Shown piece after piece: positions 45,668 to 56,788 of a stretch of 64,000 nt of DNA (its first letter is position 1; each line of letters begins with the position of its first letter). Location: the IMG/VR virus record IMGVR_UViG_3300021962_000025, positions 64,001-128,000 of that record. One strand, 5' to 3'. The translations under genes were made by a program, and so were the position numbers. Below the pieces are notes generated by a model. The model was not told the origin of the DNA. It made no database searches and saw only the letters and a list, made by a program, of their open reading frames with translations. The DNA is from a virus.

Positions 45668-47500
45668 ATGAGTAAAAAAATATCATACGCAAAAAGAGAC
45701 TTTGCGGGTCTTAGACAGGAATTAGTTAATTTAACTAAGGATTATTATCCCGATTTAGTTAAAAACACTAATGATGCCTCAATATATTCTGTTTTATTAG
45801 ATATAAACGCAGCGATTGGTGATAATTTACATTATCACATAGATAGAGTTTGGCAAGAGACTATGTTGGATTTTGCTCAACAAAGAAGATCACTTTTTCA
45901 TATTGCTAAGACGTATGGTATCAGAATACCTGGAAATAGACCATCTGTTGCTCTTTGTGATTTTACCATTAATGTACCTGTAAGGGGTGACAAGGAAGAT
46001 GAAAGATATTTAGGTGTTCTAAAAGCGGGGGCTCAAGTTTCGGGTGGAGGACAAACATTTGAAACCATAGAAGACATAGACTTCTCAAACCCATTCAATA
46101 ATAAAGGAGAACCCAACAGATTAAAAATCCCAAATTTTGACACAAACAATAAATTAATATCCTACACCATTGTAAAAAGAGATGCGGTTGTTAACGGTGT
46201 ATCGAGGGTTTTTAGAAGAGTTATCTCATCACAAGATCAGAAACCATTTTTTAAAATTTATTTACCTGAATCAAATGTTTTGGGAGTTACATCAATAATT
46301 CATAAAGAGGGTACCAACTATACTTCAAACCCAACATCATCTGAATTTATGACAGGTACCAATAGATGGTATGAGGTTAAAAGTTTGATGGAAAATAAAG
46401 TGTTTATTCCTAACAAGACCTCTACATCAGATACGTCCAATTTTACTGCGGGAGAATATATGACCGTTAATAATAAATTTATTAGTGAGTATACACCCGA
46501 AGGTTTTATGTCAGTAACCTTTGGTTCAGGTGCCATAGACCCACTTGAGAATTTGGATTCTTTTAACGATGGTACACTTAAGGTAAATTTAGGTACCTAT
46601 TTAAACAACCTATCCTTAGGTGCCACACCTAAAACCAACTCGACCATTTTTATAAAATATAGAGTCGGTGGAGGTAAAGACACCAACTTAGGAGTTAATG
46701 TTATTACTAGTGTCGATAATGTAGAGTTTAATGTGAGTGGACCCCTAACCAATGTTAATAATCAGGTTGTACAATCATTAAATGTGACGAATATAACGCC
46801 TGCGGTAGGTGGGGCGGACCAACCAACTGTTGAGGAAATTAGAAATATGGTTGGATATAACTTTGCGGCTCAAAATAGGGCGGTGACTCTTAACGATTAC
46901 AAGTCACTAATTGAGACCATGCCCTCAACGTTCGGTGCTCCGGCAAAGGTCAACGTAATGGAAGAAGATAATAAAGTAAAAATAAAATTATTGTCTTACG
47001 ATGATCAAGGTAATTTGACAGATACTGTTTCTAATACCCTTAAAAATAACATATTAAGATACCTCACCAATTATAGAATGATCAACGACTATATTGATAT
47101 ACAAAGTGGGGAAGTTGTGGATTTTGGTTTAGAATTGGATTTGTTAGTTGATAAGAATATAAATCAGTCTGAAATTTTAAAAGAGGTAATAACACAAGCA
47201 ACTGACTTCTTTAATATTAATAATAGAAAAATGGGTGACCCACTTTATGTTGGTGAGTTACAAAAAACTATTTCAGATATTGTTGGTATAGTAAACGTTG
47301 TTGATGTCAGAGTTTTTGGTAAAACAGGTGGGGAGTACTCTACCGCAGAGATAAGTCAAGGGTATTCAGATGAGAATACTAAACAAATCTCACAATCGGA
47401 CTCAACAATATTCATGAAAAGTAATCAGATTTTCCAAATTAGGTTCCCTAATAAAGACATTAAAGTTAGGGTCAAATCATTGGGTTCCACTACATACTAA
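45668..47500 (+). CDS. Baseplate wedge protein (gp6 / baseplate J-like)
   Basis: DFAGLRQEL, FAQQRRSL...YG, VTFGSG, KYRVGGG, FAAQNRAVTLNDY. Confidence 0.85.
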   Translation: MSKKISYAKRDFAGLRQELVNLTKDYYPDLVKNTNDASIYSVLLDINAAIGDNLHYHIDRVWQETMLDFAQQRRSLFHIAKTYGIRIPGNRPSVALCDFTINVPVRGDKEDERYLGVLKAGAQVSGGGQTFETIEDIDFSNPFNNKGEPNRLKIPNFDTNNKLISYTIVKRDAVVNGVSRVFRRVISSQDQKPFFKIYLPESNVLGVTSIIHKEGTNYTSNPTSSEFMTGTNRWYEVKSLMENKVFIPNKTSTSDTSNFTAGEYMTVNNKFISEYTPEGFMSVTFGSGAIDPLENLDSFNDGTLKVNLGTYLNNLSLGATPKTNSTIFIKYRVGGGKDTNLGVNVITSVDNVEFNVSGPLTNVNNQVVQSLNVTNITPAVGGADQPTVEEIRNMVGYNFAAQNRAVTLNDYKSLIETMPSTFGAPAKVNVMEEDNKVKIKLLSYDDQGNLTDTVSNTLKNNILRYLTNYRMINDYIDIQSGEVVDFGLELDLLVDKNINQSEILKEVITQATDFFNINNRKMGDPLYVGELQKTISDIVGIVNVVDVRVFGKTGGEYSTAEISQGYSDENTKQISQSDSTIFMKSNQIFQIRFPNKDIKVRVKSLGSTTY

Positions 47501-47547
47501 AATTCTTTTTCTGTATTATTATTAATTAAGGAAAATAGGTTCTAATC

Positions 47548-47555
47548 TATTTATA
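47548..47555 (+). promoter_or_regulatory. Putative late promoter motif TATTTATA
   Basis: 4 nt before the ATG at 47560. Confidence 0.55.
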
Positions 47556-47559
47556 TGAT

Positions 47560-50500
47560 ATGGTACAGAAGCATCGTATACTTACGGAAATTGGTAAGGA
47601 TCAAAAGATCACTGTTGAGTTAAAACAGGATTATGATCTTTTAGAAATTCTTTCATTAAAATTCACACAACAAGAGGCATATACGTCTCTTTGCGCTGAC
47701 TACGGTGTTGTGTGCGGTAGAATATCTGTAAATGATGGGTTCGGTGTACCAAACGCTAGAGTTTCAATATTTGTTCCTTTAAGTGATGAGGACGCTGAAG
47801 ACCCTGTCATAAAATCTCTCTACCCCTACACTACTACGGTTGATAGAAATGATGCTGGGTATAGATATAATTTACTCCCTTCTAGAAAACAACATTCAGG
47901 ACACACACCAACGGGAACATTTCCCGATCAGGAAGACATCTTAACTAGAGAAGAGGTTTTAGAAGTCTATGAAAAATATTATAAGTACACTGTAAAAACA
48001 AATGATTCGGGGGACTTCATGATATGGGGGGTTCCAGTTGGAAGTCAAACCTTACATGCGGAGGTTGACCTATCAGACATGGGATGTCAATCTATGGTCC
48101 CATATGATTTTATATATGAAGGAACCTCACCTGAAAAATTTGAGAATGGTTATACATATATGTCTTCGGACAATATTGATGGTCTTCCTCAGATAGTGAC
48201 TTTTGAAAAAACAATAGAAGTCTATCCATTTTGGGGTAATCAGGACCTATGTGAAATAGGGATAACCAGAACGGATTTTGATTTAAAAGAACAGGGTATT
48301 AGAATTGAACCATATGCAATAATGATGGGTGGTACATTTACCGACTCGGGAAAAGACGCATTAAGGGTTAATTGTAATGTCGACAACCAAATGGGTGAGA
48401 AGTGTAGACTCACAACATTTAAGGGAGATATTGAGGCCATAAGATTTAGTGGTGTGTTTGAAAAAAATTCAGACGGAACGACAAATTACTCCAGACCAAT
48501 ATTAGAAGCCATATCAATTGATAGTCAAATAGATGAACATGGACGTTTCTTCTTTAGAGTTCCAATGAACACGAGAAGATTGGTTACAGATGAATTTGGA
48601 AATCTAGTTGAGACTAAGGACCCTAGAAAGGGTATTGCCACAGAAGGAACTTACAGATTTAGGTTTTCTCTGAATGAAGATACGGGTGAAAGAAATAGGT
48701 ACACGGCTAAATTCTTAGTACCAAATATTAGGGAAATACATACGGATGATCTTGGGAGTGAGTTGGGTAGATCGGCGACGATTGATAAAAAATCGTACGC
48801 TTTCTCCACCAATTTGGACGATTACCCTGATATCATGATCCCTTATATGACCGGAACAGATTCTCAAAGCATTGCCGAGGGTAAGTTTGGTGTGCCACAG
48901 GACTATTTTTATAGTTTAAGGTATAATAGGGTTTACACTGTCACACAATATATAAATAAATATTTTAAACAAAGTTCACTCGAATCTCGATTCAATTTCC
49001 TTGTTAGAGATAGGAGGGAATCGTTCATTGGAATTAAAGAGATTTGGCCGGCTGAAAAGGATGACTGCGCCCAAACAAACAATTATTTCCCAATTAACGA
49101 GGCGGTAAGAAATCATAGGTTTAATTTCTTTATCATTTCATTCTTAATATTATTAGAACAGGCGTTCAACACTATCACTCTTTTTATTAAAGAATTTGTT
49201 TTGAAACTTTTATTTGACCTGGCCGACACTATTCAAGGTTTCCCATTTAAGAAAATAAAACAACTCGGTAATGATCTTATGATTTTTACTAAAAAACTCC
49301 AATTTAGTTATATCAGTAGATTTAGTTTAGTCACCTATCCCGATTGCCAAAAATGTACGGAGGATAATATAAATGACGATCTTCTAAATTTGGTTGGAGA
49401 GGTTGACATTAACGAGGTACGAGATGGTACTGTTGGGACATTGGTTTTTGAAAATCAGGATATGGTAGAGCAGTATACAACATCATTGGGTAGTGGTTGT
49501 AGGGAGTATTCGGTTACCGAAACAAGTGGTGTATCAGGTACCATATTTTCTTATACTGTATGTGGGGGTAATAGTGCCACATATAATATGGGTGCGGGAG
49601 AAGTGAAGACCATTTACTCAGAAACCACCCCCACCGCAACTAGTGGAACAATAACTGTTGTGGATAATGGTAGTGCTAGTGGTTCTAACTTAGATACTGA
49701 TTTATATTTTACAACCGCACAAAAACAAACAATACAAAGTGCGGCGTGGAGTAATGGTGATATAGATACCCATCGTTATGTTTTGGAGGTTGAGATCGTC
49801 CCCTCAAGTGTTGGTGAGGCAGATCCACAAGGATTTGATTTAACGGGGTCGAACGATCATTATTATTATTTTATAATAGGTAATGCGGCTCAATACCCTA
49901 TTGATGAAGGTGATTATTCCATAAACGGTTTGTATGGAGATATAGCCGAAACCATCGCCTTAATTTATAACAAAAACATTGATGAGACAGTAAACAACAC
50001 TTGTCACACATCACAAGGTAGTGTGAAAATTAAAAGATTAATTTATATCGATACACCTGAGGTTGATACACTATCATCAAATATAGAAGAAGGGTGTTCT
50101 AAATATGACACCATATATGATCCTGACGGTAAAATGAATTTAGTGGCACTAACATTACCCACTGGTGATGGTATTCCATTAAGTGGTGGAACAACCACTT
50201 ATGGTAATTTAACCGGATCTCCCTATAATGTTGGTATGATAACATCCGAAGATTTAAACAGTATCGGGTTCGATGGTTCAACATACGCAGGTGTAAGGGA
50301 TTTTCTTATTTCAAGAAATTACCACGGAGAAAATCTAACCGCAAGTAACAGCCCTTTAAATAATCCATGGTTAAATCGGGGTTCTAACAATACAAATGTG
50401 GTAAAATATCCGTGGCCATTATATAACCAATTGGATGGGTCTTATGATATTTCGTGGGGAGATGATGAAGATCCGTGTGGTGTAAGACCTCAAAAAAATT

Positions 50501-51888
50501 ATGCGGCTGTTGTGTCTCTATATACTCGTAATGGGGTTGCTGATGGACGTTGGTGGCAAAATAGATCGTATCGTTGTATTGTTGGCGCACCATTTAAGGC
50601 AAGGGCAAACAAAAAAAGAAGAAAGACCAAGACCGGTAACTATATGGATCCTGAAAATAAAGGGACTATTTCTGGATACTCAGAATTTAGAGACGGAGTT
50701 TATGCAATCGTCCCATTAGCGGGTAGAAACACACAATTATTAAATGATTATATAAGAAGAAAAAGATTAGGTATGATTATGTGTGGTGGAATTACCTCAT
50801 ATATTTTTACCGATAGCTGGTTATCAGGTGCGTTGTACTTCTTCCAATTTATGAAAAGAGGGTCTTCAGATTCTAAGAGGTACTGTACGGATAATCTTGT
50901 CCACGTTAAAGATGACAATGGAACCCATTTTTATTATAGGTCAACCCCATGGTCACCTGATTATAACCCGAATAGTTCTGACTATAATAAGGGGTTTTTT
51001 GGACAAAACAGGTTCCCACTTCAAACAGCATCAAGAAAAGAAATCAATTACCCAACGACCATCATTGATTTAGGTCCAAGAACTAGTTGGATTAATGAGG
51101 TTTGTGTGGATCCCGAACTAGACCCAAACTGTTCTGTCGTGAGGAGTATAGGGTCAACATCATATAAACCGATTGATGATTTAATGGAATATGTCCTACA
51201 ATCAAAAGAAATAAAGGAAAAAGGTAGGTTAGATGCTGAAGATTTATTTGATGTGAGAGGTCGTGGTAGAATGGATGGTGATATTGTACAACTCTTAAAT
51301 TATAATACACAAACAGGTATATATCCGTTTGAAATTGAGGAGGCGGATTCACCCTATTTAGAATACATTGACAATTTCGACGGTGTCGGACCTGTGGGTA
51401 TAAATTTTATTTATTCTGAGGACGACCCTGATACCGAGACGGTCGAATATAATGGATATAGAATTAGGGTTTGTCTTAATAAACCTGGGTATTTGGGAGA
51501 TAAGTCACAATATGTACCATACTATAGATGGAATACGTGGGGTCACGGTTTTGGTGACAAGACGGCATTTGCCAATGCGGGTAAAGGAGAGGCGCAAGAT
51601 TGGATGGACAACATTATCTATACCCAAAGGATCCAAGAGATGAAGGGTAACATGAATTTAGATCAGAATAATAATTCATCGGATGATTACTACTACGATG
51701 CATACGCACTACCCCCAATTAGAGATTGTTTGGAAATTAATGGTGTGGCATCACAAGAAAATGATAACTATAAAGAGTATAATGGTAACCACCACATGGA
51801 GTTAACCGGACCTTTCCACTACGTATTTGGAATAAGGAAGGGAAATACCGCGTGGGATAAATTCGTTGAAATGTACGGACCCAAATAA
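47560..51888 (+). CDS. Large baseplate/tail-associated protein
   Basis: 1442 aa after gp6, with a late motif upstream. N-terminal YGVVCGRISVNDGFGVPNARVSIF and SGDFMIWGVPVGSQTL resemble a prealbumin/carboxypeptidase-regulatory-like fold. Confidence 0.55.
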   Translation: MVQKHRILTEIGKDQKITVELKQDYDLLEILSLKFTQQEAYTSLCADYGVVCGRISVNDGFGVPNARVSIFVPLSDEDAEDPVIKSLYPYTTTVDRNDAGYRYNLLPSRKQHSGHTPTGTFPDQEDILTREEVLEVYEKYYKYTVKTNDSGDFMIWGVPVGSQTLHAEVDLSDMGCQSMVPYDFIYEGTSPEKFENGYTYMSSDNIDGLPQIVTFEKTIEVYPFWGNQDLCEIGITRTDFDLKEQGIRIEPYAIMMGGTFTDSGKDALRVNCNVDNQMGEKCRLTTFKGDIEAIRFSGVFEKNSDGTTNYSRPILEAISIDSQIDEHGRFFFRVPMNTRRLVTDEFGNLVETKDPRKGIATEGTYRFRFSLNEDTGERNRYTAKFLVPNIREIHTDDLGSELGRSATIDKKSYAFSTNLDDYPDIMIPYMTGTDSQSIAEGKFGVPQDYFYSLRYNRVYTVTQYINKYFKQSSLESRFNFLVRDRRESFIGIKEIWPAEKDDCAQTNNYFPINEAVRNHRFNFFIISFLILLEQAFNTITLFIKEFVLKLLFDLADTIQGFPFKKIKQLGNDLMIFTKKLQFSYISRFSLVTYPDCQKCTEDNINDDLLNLVGEVDINEVRDGTVGTLVFENQDMVEQYTTSLGSGCREYSVTETSGVSGTIFSYTVCGGNSATYNMGAGEVKTIYSETTPTATSGTITVVDNGSASGSNLDTDLYFTTAQKQTIQSAAWSNGDIDTHRYVLEVEIVPSSVGEADPQGFDLTGSNDHYYYFIIGNAAQYPIDEGDYSINGLYGDIAETIALIYNKNIDETVNNTCHTSQGSVKIKRLIYIDTPEVDTLSSNIEEGCSKYDTIYDPDGKMNLVALTLPTGDGIPLSGGTTTYGNLTGSPYNVGMITSEDLNSIGFDGSTYAGVRDFLISRNYHGENLTASNSPLNNPWLNRGSNNTNVVKYPWPLYNQLDGSYDISWGDDEDPCGVRPQKNYAAVVSLYTRNGVADGRWWQNRSYRCIVGAPFKARANKKRRKTKTGNYMDPENKGTISGYSEFRDGVYAIVPLAGRNTQLLNDYIRRKRLGMIMCGGITSYIFTDSWLSGALYFFQFMKRGSSDSKRYCTDNLVHVKDDNGTHFYYRSTPWSPDYNPNSSDYNKGFFGQNRFPLQTASRKEINYPTTIIDLGPRTSWINEVCVDPELDPNCSVVRSIGSTSYKPIDDLMEYVLQSKEIKEKGRLDAEDLFDVRGRGRMDGDIVQLLNYNTQTGIYPFEIEEADSPYLEYIDNFDGVGPVGINFIYSEDDPDTETVEYNGYRIRVCLNKPGYLGDKSQYVPYYRWNTWGHGFGDKTAFANAGKGEAQDWMDNIIYTQRIQEMKGNMNLDQNNNSSDDYYYDAYALPPIRDCLEINGVASQENDNYKEYNGNHHMELTGPFHYVFGIRKGNTAWDKFVEMYGPK

Positions 51889-53657
51889 TGGAAAATAAAA
51901 GAATATTATCACCAAGTAAAAGGTATAAAAGGGCCGAGTCCGAGGACCTATCTCTAAAAATTAATTTAGAGAGAGATGAGTCTATATTAAGAGAGGGTGA
52001 TAGAACAATTATTTTGGATTTAGAGGAACTTTATTCTAAAGAAAGGAATGAAAGTACCAAGTATAAGATATATGGTAAGTTGGGTATGGTGTTTAGGAAC
52101 CTAAACGCTGGTACGAGTGGGTATAACCCCCTTTTAAATAGATTATATCTTACATCTGCCGTTTATGATGAGACCGATTATTCAGGGTATGTACCATATG
52201 ACGAATTCGCCTTTCTAAGAAAAGATTATGTGAGGGAGGTCTCCAATCCAACAACAAACACTATTGGACAATTCACACCAAACATTGTTCTTTCTGGTGA
52301 CACATCCCACCAAACCTTCACACAAATGGATGCTCCATTTATGAATTGGAATTTATATCTAACATACGTGTATGAAAATGATTATACATACCCGATGAGG
52401 TATACTCTTTCGGGAAATACAGTTTATAATTTCACAGCAGAATGTGGTATACCCTTTAGGGTTACAGAATTGGACACTTACTTCCAATTAGTGAGTCCTG
52501 TGCCGCATAATATGTCACAAAGTGAGTATGTTATATTATCGGGAGCGACATTGAATGAAAATAATAGAACAGGCAGAATATTTGAAATTAACTCTGTCGG
52601 TAATGAAACGTTTAATTCTGAGAAATACGTAATTAACTTACAAAAATCACAATTAACTCAAAACCAAATAACTATAATTTCTAATATTGGAGTGGTGTTT
52701 GGACAAAGATGTTTGGACAAGAACAATGTCTCGGGAACTACGTCACAATACTATGTTAGGAAACATAAAACTATAACCACAACCGACGATTATATATTAG
52801 ACACACCGGGGTTTGAAATACCCATATTCGAAAATGAAAGGAAACTACAGTTTATAACCGCAAATGGGGATGAGAATGTATATGTTGAACAGAATAGACC
52901 TGAAAAAGTCCTATATCATTTTAAAAACAGTATAGATATAAGTCAGTATAGAAATAACTTCGGATATACCCCTACTGAACTTTACTTAACGACAATCTTT
53001 AGAAATGGTAATGGATACTTTAACTACCCACCCCGTATGGGATGGAGATTTAATTTCCATGATTCGTGGGGGGACGCACAATTTGATACAACATACTCAT
53101 ACGGAAGTACAAACCTACCATCCACAACGTTTACCAATAATGGTGTGACATTTACTAAAGGGTTGGAATTACCATTAGACACAATACTTTACGGGGATTT
53201 TGTAGAATACAATCAAAGTGATTTTAAGGAAACGGTAATTTCCGATACCTATCATAAATTTAGTTTTAATCCAAACGCATTTGATCACGGACAAACCTCA
53301 GACTCAAATTACAGTGGTTCGTCAAACAATAACCCGTATGGATACTTCCATAAGGTTCATAATAGAATAAAACTCAGAGAATTATCACCATACGTGGAGA
53401 CATCGGACACAGAAAATATTCTAAATCTTCCCGAAAACACCATATATGATGAAAATATCGGTTTATGGAAGTGGAGGGATTTATATGATCACGGATATAT
53501 AGATGTGGATGGGTATGGGACAGATTTCCCGTTCACCAACGGACAACATTACGTCATGAATGACATAAACTTTTTTTTAAGAGGTGAAGACATCTTTAAA
53601 AATAAGGCAGACGGTATTACCTCATTTAGAGGTGGTCCGAAAGATTCTCTATGTTAA
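51888..53657 (+). CDS. Hypothetical virion structural protein
   Basis: 589 aa, translationally coupled (TAATG) within the baseplate operon. Confidence 0.6.
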   Translation: MENKRILSPSKRYKRAESEDLSLKINLERDESILREGDRTIILDLEELYSKERNESTKYKIYGKLGMVFRNLNAGTSGYNPLLNRLYLTSAVYDETDYSGYVPYDEFAFLRKDYVREVSNPTTNTIGQFTPNIVLSGDTSHQTFTQMDAPFMNWNLYLTYVYENDYTYPMRYTLSGNTVYNFTAECGIPFRVTELDTYFQLVSPVPHNMSQSEYVILSGATLNENNRTGRIFEINSVGNETFNSEKYVINLQKSQLTQNQITIISNIGVVFGQRCLDKNNVSGTTSQYYVRKHKTITTTDDYILDTPGFEIPIFENERKLQFITANGDENVYVEQNRPEKVLYHFKNSIDISQYRNNFGYTPTELYLTTIFRNGNGYFNYPPRMGWRFNFHDSWGDAQFDTTYSYGSTNLPSTTFTNNGVTFTKGLELPLDTILYGDFVEYNQSDFKETVISDTYHKFSFNPNAFDHGQTSDSNYSGSSNNNPYGYFHKVHNRIKLRELSPYVETSDTENILNLPENTIYDENIGLWKWRDLYDHGYIDVDGYGTDFPFTNGQHYVMNDINFFLRGEDIFKNKADGITSFRGGPKDSLC

Positions 53658-54920
53658 ATGAAGATCAGGTATACAAATGACGAAAAAAATATACTTTTAA
53701 ATCAGGATCAGAGTTTTAAGTCTGACTTAGGTTGGGTTAATTCTATTGAAAAATATGAAAGAGAATTGTTATATGAAATCGTAAACCCTGTAGAAAATTA
53801 CGAAACATGTCGATTCATTCATAAACCGTACACCTCTTCAAATGGAATAGATCAAACAGATATTTGGTTTTACTTCTATTTCAGAGATTCTAATAATAAC
53901 TACACAAACGGTTTAGATTACATACACCAAGGATTAGACCAAGGATCAACTATTAATGCCGATTTAAAAAATAGTTTTTTTAGGTTGGAGTTCTATAAAA
54001 CAGACAACAATGATCCACCTAATAGAGAAAACAGAAGATTAGTTTTTGCTAAGAACTTATCGGTACCTGTAGGTGAAAGATGTGTGGTCAGTGGGGAGAC
54101 CACCTTTAGGTATGTTCCTGTTTTTATGGGGTCTAACTATAAGAATAAGGAAAACATGTATCTATTTTGGTTTGAGGACGATACCGTGTTAGAGGAAACA
54201 ACTCTTACCGGTAGTACCTTCTTCATGACCGCAAAATTCTACAACGCACTTAATGGGGAAAGAATACAATTTACCAATAAACAAGTTCAAAGTTCTTCAA
54301 TAGTTGAAGAAGACGATCTATATTTTATAGTTGAGATGGATAGGTCGAACGCCCCTTCATTCCACTATGATATATCTGATTACGATAGTACGGGTAATGT
54401 GAGAGGTAATAGAAGAGGAACTAGTTCGTCCCCGATAAAATTTTATGAGATGGGTGGTAACGTTGGAAGTGGTAATACCCCGACACCTTCATCTACAACT
54501 GTACTTACACCAACACCAACACCTTCGTCGACTGTCGTACTTACACCGACCCCGTCTTCAACAACGTTGGGACTTTCTTGGAGTAATGGTAGTTCAATGT
54601 ACCATAGTGGAAGTACATCCGGAGACAATCCATCAACAGGGACAACCACAGGTACCTTGACGGTCACTAACGGTCCTGCTAATCTATATATTACAGTAAC
54701 CCACCAATCAGGTTTTGATAATGTGGGATATGGATCTATAGAGGTGAGTGGTGTTGGTAGTATATCCACTCAGACTGTTTCGGGTAATCAGAGTTCAACA
54801 AGTTTACCATCCACACTTACAGTCCCGACAGGAACATACACATATACCATAACCTCAATATTGACAATAGAGGGATCTAATTCGTTTGGTGTCATCACAA
54901 CTGCGGTAAGTAATCAATAA
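53658..54920 (+). CDS. Hypothetical virion protein with a PT linker and a Ser/Thr-rich C-terminal beta domain
   Basis: [18 protein letters not shown] duplicated linker, then a ~110-aa domain. Confidence 0.6.
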   Translation: MKIRYTNDEKNILLNQDQSFKSDLGWVNSIEKYERELLYEIVNPVENYETCRFIHKPYTSSNGIDQTDIWFYFYFRDSNNNYTNGLDYIHQGLDQGSTINADLKNSFFRLEFYKTDNNDPPNRENRRLVFAKNLSVPVGERCVVSGETTFRYVPVFMGSNYKNKENMYLFWFEDDTVLEETTLTGSTFFMTAKFYNALNGERIQFTNKQVQSSSIVEEDDLYFIVEMDRSNAPSFHYDISDYDSTGNVRGNRRGTSSSPIKFYEMGGNVGSGNTPTPSSTTVLTPTPTPSSTVVLTPTPSSTTLGLSWSNGSSMYHSGSTSGDNPSTGTTTGTLTVTNGPANLYITVTHQSGFDNVGYGSIEVSGVGSISTQTVSGNQSSTSLPSTLTVPTGTYTYTITSILTIEGSNSFGVITTAVSNQ

Positions 54921-54921
54921 A

Positions 54922-55845
54922 ATGAAAAAGAATAAACACAAGATATTACGCACAACAACAGGGACAACATATAATTTACCTGTTTATTTAGATTCTACCG
55001 CCTATGAAATGGGTGGTATGGTTGGTTTTGATGGTGATATTGAGCAAGCGGAACAAATCGTAAACTTTACTTACCAACACATCAGTCCTGCGGGGGGAAA
55101 TAACATTAGACTCTTTAATAGCACTAATAAAGATTTATTAAAGATCATTAAAGACCAAACTTTCATTATTGATTGGGGTGATGATACAACTGATACAATA
55201 GGGGTGTCCGCGGGGAATAGTTTATCGTTCATACAACACACTTTTCCATCTGCAGGAACCTATGAGGTTACCATAAGTCTAATTAATGCGTGGACAGAAA
55301 AAAAGTTGAGTAGAAAAATAACTGTACCTAAAGATACCACAGTCACTAATGAGGATGGGACTTTTGGACCATTTACAATACCATATACTAATATAACAAC
55401 CTCACAAAATTACATTAATGATTTGGATGTCACGGACAATGATGATGACGCGACAATTTATTTTGCTGCTGTGGGTAGAAGTAGGGTTAGTGAATTAAAA
55501 AAATATGGCGAAAACTCATACATTGGAACATCCACAGGTTCGGACGATTACGGTGCATACACGGGTTATACAATTGATAATCTTTATTACAGAGATTATT
55601 TTGATGGAACCACAACAATTACTGGTAACACGACCAATTTTTATAGGGAGGAAGTATTCAACCAAATGCTAACGAGAAATGAAAATTTCATTGGTTTTAT
55701 CAATGAACCTGTCATTTATTCAGACGTATTTGTTGAAAGGGGAAGACAAGGTGTTTTAGAAATGAATCTAAGACTTGGTGAAATCGATAACATAGGAGAA
55801 TTAGATATCTATGGTAACGGATTTTTTCAAGTTAAAAAACAATAG
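54922..55845 (+). CDS. Virion protein with a PKD-like domain
   Basis: FIIDWGDDT...IQHTFPSAGTYEVTISL is the PKD WGD...H.Y..PG.Y.V signature. Confidence 0.65.
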   Translation: MKKNKHKILRTTTGTTYNLPVYLDSTAYEMGGMVGFDGDIEQAEQIVNFTYQHISPAGGNNIRLFNSTNKDLLKIIKDQTFIIDWGDDTTDTIGVSAGNSLSFIQHTFPSAGTYEVTISLINAWTEKKLSRKITVPKDTTVTNEDGTFGPFTIPYTNITTSQNYINDLDVTDNDDDATIYFAAVGRSRVSELKKYGENSYIGTSTGSDDYGAYTGYTIDNLYYRDYFDGTTTITGNTTNFYREEVFNQMLTRNENFIGFINEPVIYSDVFVERGRQGVLEMNLRLGEIDNIGELDIYGNGFFQVKKQ

Positions 55846-55850
55846 AATAA

Positions 55851-55858
55851 TATTTATT
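55851..55858 (+). promoter_or_regulatory. Putative late promoter motif TATTTATT
   Basis: 12 nt before the ATG at 55871. Confidence 0.5.
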
Positions 55859-55870
55859 AATTAAAAGAAT

Positions 55871-56788
55871 ATGGCAATAGGAAGTTATGGTACTGTAAGA
55901 CCTTCAGATGTTTCACCTTCAGACGTGGAAATCTTCTTTCACTATGTGACAGGGAGGACTTCTAACGCTCCGGTGCAGTTTAAAAAATTAGATTCGGAAG
56001 ATATTTTGACACCCGTATATCATAATTCATTTACTACGAATGCTGCTTCGGCGGTAGATACTGAGATTTTAGGTGGTTTATACAACCTAAGGTTAGATTC
56101 GGACGATTTTGATGAGTTGGGGATTTACACTCTCCACATTAGACCTAAACAGATAAGAACCTCAATCACTGATTGTGGGATTTTAGCATCTCTATCATCT
56201 GTCAGAGGGATTATTATTGATTTAAGTAATGTCCCCTCGGATGACAGAAATAAATTTACACCCCAAGGATTGGTGGGATATAGAATAGAATATTTGAATA
56301 GTGATGGTAGTAAAATACCAAACTTTTACAGAATGGTTACGTCCTCATTCTACTGTAATCCAATCGCATCTAATTTAACTAGTACAACACAAAAAGCCAT
56401 TAGATATCAGTACACGGATCAAGCAACTAATTTATTGTTTCTTACTGTGACCCCGTCATCGGCACCAACCAATAAACCAAACACAGTTCCTTTTATTGGT
56501 GAACCATCACAAAACATCATTTTAACTAATACCTTCTTCAATCCAACAACAATTGAAATTGAAATGGTTGAACATGATGACACCACATTGGCATACGCAC
56601 TTTATGGTAATCAAAGTAAATCCGTCTCTGATGGTATTTACACAATTTACACTGCGGATAACAATATATACAAACAGTTTAACCTGTTTGAAATCAAAGA
56701 TGAGTTCAACGAAACACTTTACGAAATACGTGAAGAAAGGGACGAAATTGATGATACTAAAAACTTTGATGATATCACTGAATTATAA
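55871..56788 (+). CDS. Hypothetical virion structural protein
   Basis: 305 aa after a TATTTATT motif. Confidence 0.6.
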   Translation: MAIGSYGTVRPSDVSPSDVEIFFHYVTGRTSNAPVQFKKLDSEDILTPVYHNSFTTNAASAVDTEILGGLYNLRLDSDDFDELGIYTLHIRPKQIRTSITDCGILASLSSVRGIIIDLSNVPSDDRNKFTPQGLVGYRIEYLNSDGSKIPNFYRMVTSSFYCNPIASNLTSTTQKAIRYQYTDQATNLLFLTVTPSSAPTNKPNTVPFIGEPSQNIILTNTFFNPTTIEIEMVEHDDTTLAYALYGNQSKSVSDGIYTIYTADNNIYKQFNLFEIKDEFNETLYEIREERDEIDDTKNFDDITEL

